Source: a virus. From it: a stretch of 64,000 nucleotides of DNA. The notes under the pieces were generated by a model. That model did no database searches. It saw only the letters and a program-made list of their open reading frames with translations, and was not told where the DNA came from. Shown one piece after another: positions 26,911-36,469 of the stretch. Made by a program: the position numbers and the translations under genes. The stretch spans positions 1-64,000 of IMG/VR virus record IMGVR_UViG_3300021962_000073. One strand, written 5' to 3'. Numbering within the stretch: position 1 is the stretch's first letter; the number at the start of each line of letters is the position of its first letter.

Positions 26911-27750
26911 ATGTTAATTTTTGATTTCAACCAGGTAGTTCTAGCCAATTTGATGGAACAGATTGGCTATTCTAAACAGCCTGTAGATGAAGGTCTTGTT
27001 CGACATATGGTATTGAATACCATTCGAGCGCATATCCGAAAATTTCGAGAGTATGGTGAAGTAATTATTGCTTGCGATAATAAGCGTTACTGGCGCCGCG
27101 AAGTTTTTCCTCCTTATAAAGCTCATCGCAAAAAGAATCGTGAGGCTTCTGGTCATGATTGGACAACCATTTTCGAATGTATGTCCAAGATTCGCCAAGA
27201 ACTTAAAGATCATTCACCGTATAAAGTGATTGATGTTGATGGTGCCGAGGCTGATGATGTAATTGGTGCTCTGGTACACAAGTATGCAGATAAAGAACCA
27301 ATTATGATTCTTTCATCCGATAAAGACTTTGTACAGTTACAAACTTATAAAAACGTAAAACAATATTCACCAACTTTAAAGAAATATATTAAAGCGGATG
27401 ATCCGATTAAACAACTGAAAGAATTGATTGTCACTGGTGATACAGGTGATGGCATTCCAAATATTCTTTCTCCAGACAATTCTATAATTGATGGCATTCG
27501 CCAAAAACCAGTTACGAAAAAATTTCTTTCAGAGTTCGCAGAAAATGGAACATCCAAATTTAATGACACTCTTAATCGTAATTGGTCGCGTAATGAGATA
27601 TTGATTGACTTGTCTATGATTCCAGAAACCATCTCAGAAAGTATTATAAGTACATATAACGAAACGAAGCCGGCTAGTCGTCAACAGTTTATGAATTATA
27701 TGATTGCAAATCGGTTGAAAAATTTACTTGAGGTTATCGATGAGTTCTAA
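26911..27750 (+). CDS. rnh: T4-type RNase H (5'-3' exonuclease)
   Basis: YWRR....YK..R, EADDVIG, SSDKDFVQL, GD.GDGIPN. Confidence 0.93.
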   Translation: MLIFDFNQVVLANLMEQIGYSKQPVDEGLVRHMVLNTIRAHIRKFREYGEVIIACDNKRYWRREVFPPYKAHRKKNREASGHDWTTIFECMSKIRQELKDHSPYKVIDVDGAEADDVIGALVHKYADKEPIMILSSDKDFVQLQTYKNVKQYSPTLKKYIKADDPIKQLKELIVTGDTGDGIPNILSPDNSIIDGIRQKPVTKKFLSEFAENGTSKFNDTLNRNWSRNEILIDLSMIPETISESIISTYNETKPASRQQFMNYMIANRLKNLLEVIDEF

Positions 27751-28174
27751 TCTGATGTATCATGAAATAATTGAACTTTTTCAAAAAACGGAAAAACGTT
27801 CGGAAAAAATTGAAGTATTACGAAAACATGCTGATGTTAATTTCGTTAATTTTCTGAAGATGGCTTTTGATCCACGAATAGTTTTTGATGTTGAAATTCC
27901 TTCGTACAATCCATCAATTATTCCTGCCGGTCTAAATGATTTGTATCTTCATAGTGAAATCCAGAGAATGTATAGATTCATCAAAGATCATCCTCGTAGA
28001 CCTCATGGACTAACCGCAGCAAAACAGAAAAGTTTGCTCATTTCCGTTTTGGAATCTCTTCATAAAGATGAAGCGGATTTAATGATTCGTTGTATCAATA
28101 AAGATTTAAAAGTTCCCTTTCTAACTCCAAAACTTATTAAAGAAGCTTTTCCTGATTTGGATCTGGGTGTATGA
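27740..28174 (+). CDS. conserved hypothetical protein downstream of rnh
   Basis: LESLH.DEA.L....KDL..EAFP. Confidence 0.7.
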   Translation: MSSNLMYHEIIELFQKTEKRSEKIEVLRKHADVNFVNFLKMAFDPRIVFDVEIPSYNPSIIPAGLNDLYLHSEIQRMYRFIKDHPRRPHGLTAAKQKSLLISVLESLHKDEADLMIRCINKDLKVPFLTPKLIKEAFPDLDLGV

Positions 28175-28929
28175 AAGTTGCAGTTGTAACTCCCACTATT
28201 GGCACACGATATCTTTCTGATTGTGTCCAAAGTATAGATGAACAAACATATGATAATCTTACTCATTATATTTTCTTAGATGGTGAGAAACAATATGGAA
28301 ATAAAATTTGGCGCCAGTTAGAGGGAGCATCCAGGATTAAAACCATCCGACTCGAAGAGAACATTGGAAAAGGATGGTATGGTCACCGAGTCTATGCTGC
28401 ATGTTCTTTTTTAGTGAATGCTGATATTATTTTTTATCTTGATGAAGACAATTGGTTCGAAAAAGATCATGTAGAAAGTCTTGTCAAAATTATTACTGAA
28501 GAAAATTTAGATTGGGCCTATAGTTTTAGAAAAATTTATGATAAAGAAGGCAATTATCTGTGTGAAGATAATTGCGAATCTCTGGGAAAATGGCCCATTT
28601 ATTTTTCTGAAGATCAATATCATATTGATACTTCCAGTTTCGCCGTAAAGCAGAATGTTGCTACTCGAATTGGTCATTCTTGGTATGGACAATGGGGTGC
28701 AGATAGAAAATTCTTTTTCAATCTTAGCAAATATTTTCCGAAATATGATTGTTCAATGAATCATTCTTTATGTTATAGGCTTGATGGAAATCCTAACTCA
28801 GTCAGTAAAGAGTTTTTTGAAAAAGGCAACGAAGCAAATCTAGAACGTTATAATGGAATTTTACCATGGAAGAAAACATCAGAACCGCACTCGTTACGGG
28901 TGGGGCCGGGTATCTCGGTTCTTTTCTAA
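28171..28929 (+). CDS. glycosyltransferase family 2
   Basis: VVTPTIG..L..CVQSI..QTY, YLDEDNW. Confidence 0.85.
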   Translation: MKVAVVTPTIGTRYLSDCVQSIDEQTYDNLTHYIFLDGEKQYGNKIWRQLEGASRIKTIRLEENIGKGWYGHRVYAACSFLVNADIIFYLDEDNWFEKDHVESLVKIITEENLDWAYSFRKIYDKEGNYLCEDNCESLGKWPIYFSEDQYHIDTSSFAVKQNVATRIGHSWYGQWGADRKFFFNLSKYFPKYDCSMNHSLCYRLDGNPNSVSKEFFEKGNEANLERYNGILPWKKTSEPHSLRVGPGISVLF

Positions 28930-29810
28930 GCAAAAAACTTAAAAAAGAAGGCTGGAGGGTCGTCGTATATGACAAAAAACCTCCAACACATACTTACTTC
29001 GATTCTCTTATTATAGATGATATACTGAATCGAGAAATGGTAAATACCGTTTTTTCTGAGGAAAATATCAATGTCGTTTTTCATCTAGCTGGTAGAATTG
29101 AAGTTGGTGAATCTGAAAAGAATCCTACTGAGTTTTGGGAAGTGAACGTCGGTGGAACTTTGATTGTATTGAATGCCATGAAAAAGCATGGCGTCAACAA
29201 AATTATTTTTTCTTCTACTGCCGGTGTTTATTTTTCTAGCGGAATTATGATTCCTGAAGATGAAGCGACCACAAACAATTCCGTATATTCAAATACAAAA
29301 TTATCCTGCGAATATGCTATTGAAGATTCTGGTCTGGATTTTGTGATCTTCAGATACTTCAATTTGGCCGGAGCAGATGATAATTTAGGTGAAAATCATG
29401 AGCCAGAAACTCACCTGATTCCTAGAATTCTTCAAAATCTAAATAGTTTTCAAATATATGGTAATGATTATGATACTCCCGATGGAACGTGCATAAGAGA
29501 TTATGTACATGTTTCAGATGTAGTGAATGCTCATATTGAAGCAGTAAAATATCTTGATGATAATAAAGAGAATGTAATTGTAAATTTAGGATCTGGACAA
29601 GGTTACTCTGTTTTAGAAATTATAGATATTATCGAGAAGGAAATCGGACTAAAATTAAATTATCAGATTGCTCCCAGGAGAGAAGGCGATCCAAGTCGTC
29701 TTGTTGCTGATATAACTCTTGCTAAAGAATTGTTAAATTATGAACCACAACACAAAATCGATTCAATCATTAAATCTGCCTATGAGTGGGAGAAGAAAAG
29801 ATCCCGATGA
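28866..29810 (+). CDS. galE: UDP-glucose 4-epimerase
   Basis: TGGAGYLGS, FRYFN.AGA, ETHLIP, DGTCIRDYVHV.D. Confidence 0.9.
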   Translation: MEENIRTALVTGGAGYLGSFLSKKLKKEGWRVVVYDKKPPTHTYFDSLIIDDILNREMVNTVFSEENINVVFHLAGRIEVGESEKNPTEFWEVNVGGTLIVLNAMKKHGVNKIIFSSTAGVYFSSGIMIPEDEATTNNSVYSNTKLSCEYAIEDSGLDFVIFRYFNLAGADDNLGENHEPETHLIPRILQNLNSFQIYGNDYDTPDGTCIRDYVHVSDVVNAHIEAVKYLDDNKENVIVNLGSGQGYSVLEIIDIIEKEIGLKLNYQIAPRREGDPSRLVADITLAKELLNYEPQHKIDSIIKSAYEWEKKRSR

Positions 29811-30369
29811 AAAGGATATTTCTTTTACCGTACAAGATAAACTAGACAATTGTTTTTTAAATAATAATGTACACTTTTTGTATGGTGAGATCGATGAGAT
29901 AAACATCAACAAAACGATTCAGTGGATTATTTACGAAAACACCCAAGAGAATACTAATAATAAAGTATTAAAATTATATGTTAATTCTATTGGAGGAGAT
30001 TTGTATCAAGCTTTAGGTTTGATAGATGTCATGAGACTTAGTAACAATCCAATACACACTATTGGTATTGGTGCTGTTATGTCAGCGGCATTTCTCATCT
30101 TTGCTTCTGGTGAAAGAGGTCATCGTTATATCACAAGAAATTGTGGAATAATGTGCCATCAGTATACGGATGTTTATGAAGGTAAACATCATGACCTCAA
30201 ATCATTTGCCAAAGAGGCAGAATTAACAAATAAAAGAATGATGAAAATTCTTCAGGATGCCACTGGCATGACCGAAAGTCGGGTTAAAACAAAGCTACTT
30301 ACACCGAGCGATGTTTGGATGTCTGCTGAAGAATTGGTGCAACTAGGTGTAGCCGATCAAATACTTTAA
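29782..30369 (+). CDS. ClpP-like protease
   Basis: YVNSIGG, AVMSAA, IMCHQ, DVWMSAEE....G.AD. Confidence 0.85.
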   Translation: MSGRRKDPDEKDISFTVQDKLDNCFLNNNVHFLYGEIDEININKTIQWIIYENTQENTNNKVLKLYVNSIGGDLYQALGLIDVMRLSNNPIHTIGIGAVMSAAFLIFASGERGHRYITRNCGIMCHQYTDVYEGKHHDLKSFAKEAELTNKRMMKILQDATGMTESRVKTKLLTPSDVWMSAEELVQLGVADQIL

Positions 30370-30740
30370 AGGAGGAAAGACCGAAAATGATTGGTGGTAT
30401 TAGAGTAGAGAGGGTCCAAAAAACTAAATTTCGTAAAGAAAGAGACCAAGAGAGTTATAGCAGTAAAAAGAAAAAACACCACGATAAAACAACATACCGT
30501 ATGGTGAGAGAGGAAGACCATGAACTCGAATTATATCAAAAAGAAAATCGAAGAACTTGAAGAACAGATTGCCAGTCAACACGGCGATTTGAAGGAACTC
30601 AAGAAACAATTACATAATCTTCGAATGCAAGAATTTGAGGAAGATTTGCGTGAGAGTGACAATAGACAATTACTAAAAGGTTAAGTTGTAAAAAAACAAC
30701 AGTAACTTGACAGATTGTTTGGTTATGATATACTTTGTGA

Positions 30741-31121
30741 ATGATGAATATTCCTTCAGTTGGTTCTAAAATTTCTGTGACTGTCCGACACAAGTCGGTT
30801 TATCTCTATGCAAATCAGCCCTGGGATGAGCGAACTTATGTTGGTATGGTCGTGAAAAGTGCGAAGTGGGTTGATGCGGAGAGTTTTACTCTTCAGACTG
30901 AAGACTCGCAATTTCCAATCAAGATTATACATTCTGGTAAAGTGCATAATCTAAAATTTTTGTCTGGAGGTGACTCTCTTAATATTCGCAAGTTTCAAGT
31001 TCAAGGAAAAGGTGGTTCTTATACCGTGACAAAAACAGGCAAACAATATTCCTGTACTTGTATCGGTTTTAAGTATCATTCAAAATGCAAACACATTACC
31101 GCAGTTATAGATAAGGAATGA
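30741..31121 (+). CDS. SWIM zinc-finger protein
   Basis: CTCIGF.....CKH; preceded by palindrome-bearing promoter 30684-30734. Confidence 0.75.
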   Translation: MMNIPSVGSKISVTVRHKSVYLYANQPWDERTYVGMVVKSAKWVDAESFTLQTEDSQFPIKIIHSGKVHNLKFLSGGDSLNIRKFQVQGKGGSYTVTKTGKQYSCTCIGFKYHSKCKHITAVIDKE

Positions 31122-31372
31122 TATGGATCAGTTTACGATGCTTGTTAATTATTTTGTTCAAAGTGATCAAGAAAAACTTCAAGCTAGTCGTGGCTTGGAA
31201 ACAACAGACTCTATGGAATTTGTTGAACAGGTCTTGCTAGAAGGTTATAATATCGAGGGAAATTTTCAATGAATGAATTTGCTTTTTTTCTAGAAGCTTG
31301 GCTTTTTTGTTATAAAAACAATATCGATATCAAAAAAATTTATCGTAAAGATTGGAAAACCTGGGCACTACG

Positions 31373-31717
31373 ATGATGATTTATGTACGCGACCGTTCTA
31401 AGATGAAGTCGCCAACTAAAAAACAACAGGCTGAGTATCAAGCTTGGCTCGATAGTTTGAGCCAACAAAGAACTGGATTTTCTAAGACTCCCGTTCGAAA
31501 AGTTGCGAAGCCAGTTTATTTGCCAAAAGTTCCTCCTGGACGCGAAACGCCAAAATATCCAAGCGTAGACACTGGCGGTGGTTCGACCACTAAGCCCATT
31601 CACGGTAAGGTATATACTGGTAGTCTAATGAAAGGTATCGGAACGTTACATAAGAGTAACGCGGTTCCAATCTTCACTGACCAGGAAGCTTTGGATCAAG
31701 CGAATATGCGCCGTTGA
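31373..31717 (+). CDS. conserved hypothetical phage protein
   Basis: YTG..MKGIGTLHKSNAVP motif. Confidence 0.65.
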   Translation: MMIYVRDRSKMKSPTKKQQAEYQAWLDSLSQQRTGFSKTPVRKVAKPVYLPKVPPGRETPKYPSVDTGGGSTTKPIHGKVYTGSLMKGIGTLHKSNAVPIFTDQEALDQANMRR

Positions 31718-31934
31718 TATGGACCTTCATACCATCACAATTTTTGTCTCCGGTGCGTTCCTAGGTGCTGTCCTAGGTAGAATGTTGACTTTCTTTGTGT
31801 TGGCTGGAGCCTTGATTGTCATTTTATTGTTTCGTTTGTAAAACGTTGTTTTTATGCAACATATGAAAAAATCTCTTGACTTTTGCATCCTCTGTGCTAA
31901 AATATTGTTTCCTTAATTTAAATCGGAGTTTATT

Positions 31935-32297
31935 ATGGCTAAACCTGCAAAGACCCTCAAACTTAAACCTGCTGAGAAACTTCTCAATCTTTTGATTACT
32001 GGTGATATTTTCACCAAAGACCAAATCAATGATCGACTTGGTACAGAAATTGAGATGTATCGAATTTCGACTTATATGTGGTATATCAAGACTGAAGTTG
32101 GTGGTGTCATTCGCGTAACTAAAGACGGCCGGCGTGTCGTTGGATACCAACTTGTTAATGTGAAAGATATTGAAAAGTATCTTAAAGATCGCGGTATTCT
32201 TTTGAGTGTAAAACCTCCCGTTGAGAAACTTTCTGACCTTAAAGCGGAAAAAGTTTCTGATACAGAAGTTCTCGAAGTTACAGAAATTGCTCAGTAA
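31935..32297 (+). CDS. hypothetical, possibly winged-helix DNA-binding protein
   Basis: GGAG RBS; own palindrome-bearing promoter 31844-31903; terminator follows. Confidence 0.55.
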   Translation: MAKPAKTLKLKPAEKLLNLLITGDIFTKDQINDRLGTEIEMYRISTYMWYIKTEVGGVIRVTKDGRRVVGYQLVNVKDIEKYLKDRGILLSVKPPVEKLSDLKAEKVSDTEVLEVTEIAQ

Positions 32298-32323
32298 TTT
32301 TTATTCTCCTTGTTGTAACTTTC

Positions 32324-32348
32324 AGCCTGGTAAACTCCAGGCTTTTTT
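32324..32348 (+). terminator. intrinsic terminator
   Basis: AGCCTGG-TAAACT-CCAGGCT-TTTTT. Confidence 0.75.
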
Positions 32349-32351
32349 ACT

Positions 32352-32894
32352 ATGAACATATTCTATCTACATAATGAACCTAAAATTTGTGCGGAAATGC
32401 ATAACGATAAGCATACCGTGAAAATGATTATCGAATATGCCCAACTTATGTCCACTGCACACCGATTGCTCGATGGCGTTCCTTATCTCGATAAGACTGC
32501 TAATGGTCGTTCAATCAAACGTTGGCGCCTTGAAGGTGAAAACGAAACCGTCATGATGAAGGCTTCTCATATCAATCATCCTTCAGCCGTATGGACTCGT
32601 TCAAATCGCCAAAATTACAATTGGTTGTATTGTATGTGGTATTATCTTTGCAAAGAATATACCTATCGATATGATAAAATCCATGCGGTAGAAAAAAGAA
32701 TGTCTAACGCATTGTATCTTCCTCCAATTAATATCGTGAGTAGTGAATTCTTTCCACCAACACCCGCAATGCCAGATAATGTAAAAGTTCCAGGTAATTC
32801 TCTAGCGTCTTATCGTAACTATTACAATCGCAACAAAACTCATCTTGCATCTTGGAAAAATCGACCAACTCCCGAATGGTATCAGGCTATATAA
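32352..32894 (+). CDS. pyrimidine-dimer DNA glycosylase family protein
   Basis: MNIFYL..CA..H.DKH.VKM..EYAQL.STAH, H.NHPS.VW. Confidence 0.8.
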   Translation: MNIFYLHNEPKICAEMHNDKHTVKMIIEYAQLMSTAHRLLDGVPYLDKTANGRSIKRWRLEGENETVMMKASHINHPSAVWTRSNRQNYNWLYCMWYYLCKEYTYRYDKIHAVEKRMSNALYLPPINIVSSEFFPPTPAMPDNVKVPGNSLASYRNYYNRNKTHLASWKNRPTPEWYQAI

Positions 32895-32898
32895 AGAT

Positions 32899-33216
32899 AT
32901 GCCAACTTATACTTTTTTTAATTGTGAAACGGGTGAAGCGTTCGAAATGATGATGAAAATTTCCGAGCGTGATACCTTTCTGGTTGAAAATCCACACATT
33001 CAACCAGTTCTTACCGCACCAGCAATTCTATCTGGTGTTTCCACTTCAAATCAAAATCGGGTTCCCGATGGGTTCAAGGAGGTGCTTTCTAAAATTTCTG
33101 AAGCTCATCCCAGCAGCGGTGTGGCTGAAAAACATGGTAAAAAATCTATCAAACAGATTAAAACGGACCAAGTTGTAAAGAAACACGTTGAAAGGGTGAC
33201 GGGAGTGAAAACATAA
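32899..33216 (+). CDS. FmdB-like small protein
   Basis: MPTYTF...TGE.FE, GFKEVLSKI...HP. Confidence 0.65.
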   Translation: MPTYTFFNCETGEAFEMMMKISERDTFLVENPHIQPVLTAPAILSGVSTSNQNRVPDGFKEVLSKISEAHPSSGVAEKHGKKSIKQIKTDQVVKKHVERVTGVKT

Positions 33217-33234
33217 TTTTTTAAAAGGTCATCA

Positions 33235-33978
33235 ATGTCTAGAAAAGCCAATACAAAAATAAAATTAGTAGAAGAAGAAACAAAAAACGGACATACATTA
33301 AGAATTAAGATAGACGATCTAAAAACATTTGATCCTCTAACTCAAAATCAAAAAAAGTTTTTTGATGCATACAAAAGAGGTGATTATTTTGTAGCACTTC
33401 ATGGTGTAGCAGGCACAGGAAAAACATTTTGTGCGATGTATAAAGCCCTTGAAGAAGTTCTAGACAAATCAAATCCTTTTAATAAGATAATTCTCGTTCG
33501 TTCGGCAGTTCAATCTAGAGAAATCGGACATTTGCCAGGCGATGTAACTGAGAAGATGGAAATCTATCAGCAACCTTATAGACAAATTTGTGAAACTCTA
33601 TTTGGTCGTAAAGATGCATATCAAAGACTTGAAGAACAAGGATATGTTGAATTTATTTCGACATCATTTATTCGAGGTATGAGTTTTGATGATGCAATTA
33701 TTATTGTTGATGAAATGCAGAATCTTACCTTCGAAGAGATTGATACTGTAATGACTCGTGTTGGATATCGTTCAAAGATTATTTGGTGTGGCGATTATAG
33801 ACAAACGGATTTGAATAAAAAGAAAAATGACATGAGCGGCATTTTGAAATTTTTTGATATCGCAATGCATATGGATGCATTTACTAAGATCGAGTTTACA
33901 CCTGATGATATTGTTCGTTCTTCATTGGTGAAAGATTATATCTTGGCTAAACTTAGATACGAAGACCATGTTGTTTGA
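33235..33978 (+). CDS. phoH: PhoH family ATPase
   Basis: GVAGTGKT, GHLPG, SFIRG.SF, DEMQN, GD..Q.D. Confidence 0.93.
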   Translation: MSRKANTKIKLVEEETKNGHTLRIKIDDLKTFDPLTQNQKKFFDAYKRGDYFVALHGVAGTGKTFCAMYKALEEVLDKSNPFNKIILVRSAVQSREIGHLPGDVTEKMEIYQQPYRQICETLFGRKDAYQRLEEQGYVEFISTSFIRGMSFDDAIIIVDEMQNLTFEEIDTVMTRVGYRSKIIWCGDYRQTDLNKKKNDMSGILKFFDIAMHMDAFTKIEFTPDDIVRSSLVKDYILAKLRYEDHVV

Positions 33979-34657
33979 ACATGTAAAAATACCAGAATTG
34001 CAATTTGATTTAGAAGCACAAACTAGTGATTCTGGTAGATTGTATCTGACTCCAAGTGGCAAGAAATATCCCTCCGTTACTACTGTTCTGTCACACTATA
34101 ACTCTAAAGCTATCGCAGAGTGGCGTGAGAGAGTCGGTAATGAAGAAGCGAATAAAATATCAGGTAGGGCTTCTCGTCGAGGTACAAAACTTCATAGTGT
34201 ATGTGAAAAGTATCTTTTGAATGAGATGACTGAATTGAAAATGCGCTCGATGATGCCTAATATTAAAGAATTATTTCTTAAAGTTAAACCTTATATTGAC
34301 AAAAACATTTCGAAAGTATATACTCTAGAACAAGCGTTGTACTCGGATCATCTACGAATTGCTGGTCGAGTAGATTGTATTGCAGAGTGGAATGGAGTGT
34401 TATCTGTAATTGATTTTAAGTCTTCAACTAAAGCAAAGAAAAAAGAATCAATTGGTAATTATTTTATGCAATGCACCGCATATGCCGAGATGTTTTATGA
34501 ATTGACTGGAACACCCATACATCAATCAGTTGTATTGATTGGTGTTGAAGAAGATAATGGACAAGTATTTGTTGAAAAAACTGCTGATCATTATTTACCT
34601 CTAAAAGAATATATTGACCGTTATTATGATAAATCAAACCGTACTGAATTTGTCTGA
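33968..34657 (+). CDS. PD-(D/E)xK (Cas4-like) exonuclease
   Basis: YPSVTTVL, RGT.LH, AGRVDCIA..IDFK, Q..AYA. Confidence 0.85.
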   Translation: MLFEHVKIPELQFDLEAQTSDSGRLYLTPSGKKYPSVTTVLSHYNSKAIAEWRERVGNEEANKISGRASRRGTKLHSVCEKYLLNEMTELKMRSMMPNIKELFLKVKPYIDKNISKVYTLEQALYSDHLRIAGRVDCIAEWNGVLSVIDFKSSTKAKKKESIGNYFMQCTAYAEMFYELTGTPIHQSVVLIGVEEDNGQVFVEKTADHYLPLKEYIDRYYDKSNRTEFV

Positions 34658-35357
34658 CTCTTTAAAAGTCAACTATGATTCTGCATACCCTTTTCCTTAT
34701 GTTGTCATAGATAATTTTTTAAATGAGTTTGTTGCAAAAAGGATCGTTGAAGAATTAAAACAGTATCAGCATTGGTCTTGTGATACAACTGATGAAGTAA
34801 AAGATTATCAAATAAACAAATATTATACACCAGATGTCTTTGATCTTTCTACTCTAAATGCTCTGAACAGAGATTGCCCAATCACAAAATTTACTTTAGA
34901 CTATTTGAATAGTTCGGATACATTAAATTTTTTAGAAAAACTTACAGGCATAAAAACACTGATTGGCGATGATACGTTTTTGGGTGGTGGCGTTCATCGT
35001 GTTTTGACTGGGGGTAAATTAGGTATACATGCAGATTTCAATATTCAGTTTAAAAATAATCTTCATCGTAGATTGAATATGCTGATTTATTTGAATGAGA
35101 ATTGGCAAGATCAATGGGGTGGCAATCTCGAACTTTGGGAAAAAGACATGAGCAAATGTTGCGTTCAAGTCAAACCAATATTCAATCGTGCTATAATTTT
35201 TAGAATCACTGATGATGCTTTTCATGGTCATCCTCACCCACTAAATACCCCTCAAGGTGTTGACAGGTATTCTTTGGCATTGTATTATTACACAGAGGAT
35301 AGACCAGAACATGAGAAAGCACCATTTCATCCAGTTGTTTGGAAAACTCCAAGATAA
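34626..35357 (+). CDS. 2OG-Fe(II) oxygenase
   Basis: GGG.H, HADFN, RR.N.LIYLN..W...GG.LELW, HGH, R.S.A.YYY. Confidence 0.88.
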   Translation: MINQTVLNLSDSLKVNYDSAYPFPYVVIDNFLNEFVAKRIVEELKQYQHWSCDTTDEVKDYQINKYYTPDVFDLSTLNALNRDCPITKFTLDYLNSSDTLNFLEKLTGIKTLIGDDTFLGGGVHRVLTGGKLGIHADFNIQFKNNLHRRLNMLIYLNENWQDQWGGNLELWEKDMSKCCVQVKPIFNRAIIFRITDDAFHGHPHPLNTPQGVDRYSLALYYYTEDRPEHEKAPFHPVVWKTPR

Positions 35358-35360
35358 GTA

Positions 35361-35549
35361 ATGTGGGTTTGGATATTATCCATCACATTATTAGGTACCA
35401 ATCCTGAACATTCAAGAATCGCTAAATTTGAGACTAAAGAAGATTGTCAGAAAGCACTGATTGCTAAAAGAAAAGAATATGAACTAAAAGGTAGAGAAAT
35501 GGTTGGTCATTGTTTTTATGGAAGAACAGATTCTAAAGGTTGGTGGTAA
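35361..35549 (+). CDS. hypothetical protein
   Basis: ORF with hydrophobic N-terminus. Confidence 0.55.
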   Translation: MWVWILSITLLGTNPEHSRIAKFETKEDCQKALIAKRKEYELKGREMVGHCFYGRTDSKGWW

Positions 35550-35560
35550 TAAATAAAGCT

Positions 35561-35908
35561 ATGATCGTATGAAGTAGATCGAAAGGTGTTCTGGACGGCG
35601 GTTCGATTCCGCCCAGGTCCACCAGTAAACTCTTTGAGTGACTACACTGGAACAACTGCAACACTTGCCAAAGTCGACTAAAGCAAGAACCAGCCAGGAA
35701 GTAGGGTCACCGTGATTTCGAGTATCGCAGAGAGTTTACTAATGGGCCTGACCTGGTTTCGACAGGGCAATAAGTAGAGACATGGACGATCCGACACAGA
35801 GAGTCGTAAAAAGTAAATTCAATAAACGCAAATGAAGAAATCTTTGCATTAGCCGCCTAAACACGGCTTAGGGTTTCGGTGGGTTTCCTCGTAACAGAAT
35901 AACCCACC
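35561..35908 (+). ncRNA. ssrA: circularly permuted (two-piece) tmRNA
   Basis: 3' half with T-arm and CAGGTCCACCA (ends 35624) precedes 5' half GGGCCTGACCTGGTTTCGAC (35744); G3:U70; tag 35828-35860 ANEEIFALAA*. Confidence 0.92.
35624..35740 (+). ncRNA. structured RNA forming tmRNA intervening segment (homolog of 17675-17800)
   Basis: AGTAAACTCT/AGAGTTTACT closing stem, shared core, T-arm GTGAT-TTCGAGT-ATCGC. Confidence 0.75.
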
Positions 35909-35929
35909 ATCACTACTAGGAGGTATCAA

Positions 35930-36466
35930 ATGAAAAGTTTAACTTTTCTTAGTGTGATTTTTTTTATGCTTATAGTGAAAAACGTTTACGCTATACCAAA
36001 TACGATTCTCTTCAGGGATCTTACCGCAGAAGCGCAGAAGCAGGTCGTATGTTTAGCAGATAACATCTATTTTGAAGCAGCCAGCGAATCTCATAACGGC
36101 AAAATGGCTGTTGGATTTGTCACACTAAATCGCGTTTCAACAGGAAACTATCCAAATACAGTTTGCGGAGTTGTACATCAAAAGATAAGAGGAATTTGTC
36201 AATTTTCTTGGTATTGTGATCCAACCACTGCTAAGAAAAGGTTGACAATAAGATCCACTTCATTGTATAATGATATCTTGGATTTGGCAGTGTTTCTTGC
36301 GGTTTATTATCATTTTATAGAAGATGTTTCCAAAGGAGCCACACATTTTCATTCCGTCAGAGTTAATCCGAGATGGAAATTACAAAAAACTAGTCAAATA
36401 GGACAACACATATTTTATAGAAATAGATACGAAAGAATTAATAAAGAAAAATTTATTTTGGCATAA
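35930..36466 (+). CDS. cell wall hydrolase (SleB/Hydrolase_2)
   Basis: CLA.NIYFEA, V.LNRV...P.TVCGVV.Q, CQFSW, GATHFH, IG.HIFY. Confidence 0.9.
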   Translation: MKSLTFLSVIFFMLIVKNVYAIPNTILFRDLTAEAQKQVVCLADNIYFEAASESHNGKMAVGFVTLNRVSTGNYPNTVCGVVHQKIRGICQFSWYCDPTTAKKRLTIRSTSLYNDILDLAVFLAVYYHFIEDVSKGATHFHSVRVNPRWKLQKTSQIGQHIFYRNRYERINKEKFILA

Positions 36467-36469
36467 ATT

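Noticed and set aside
33968-34657. Cas4-like nuclease as evidence of CRISPR-Cas
   Set aside because: Solo PD-(D/E)xK exonuclease next to phoH is common in T4-like phages; no array or other cas genes.
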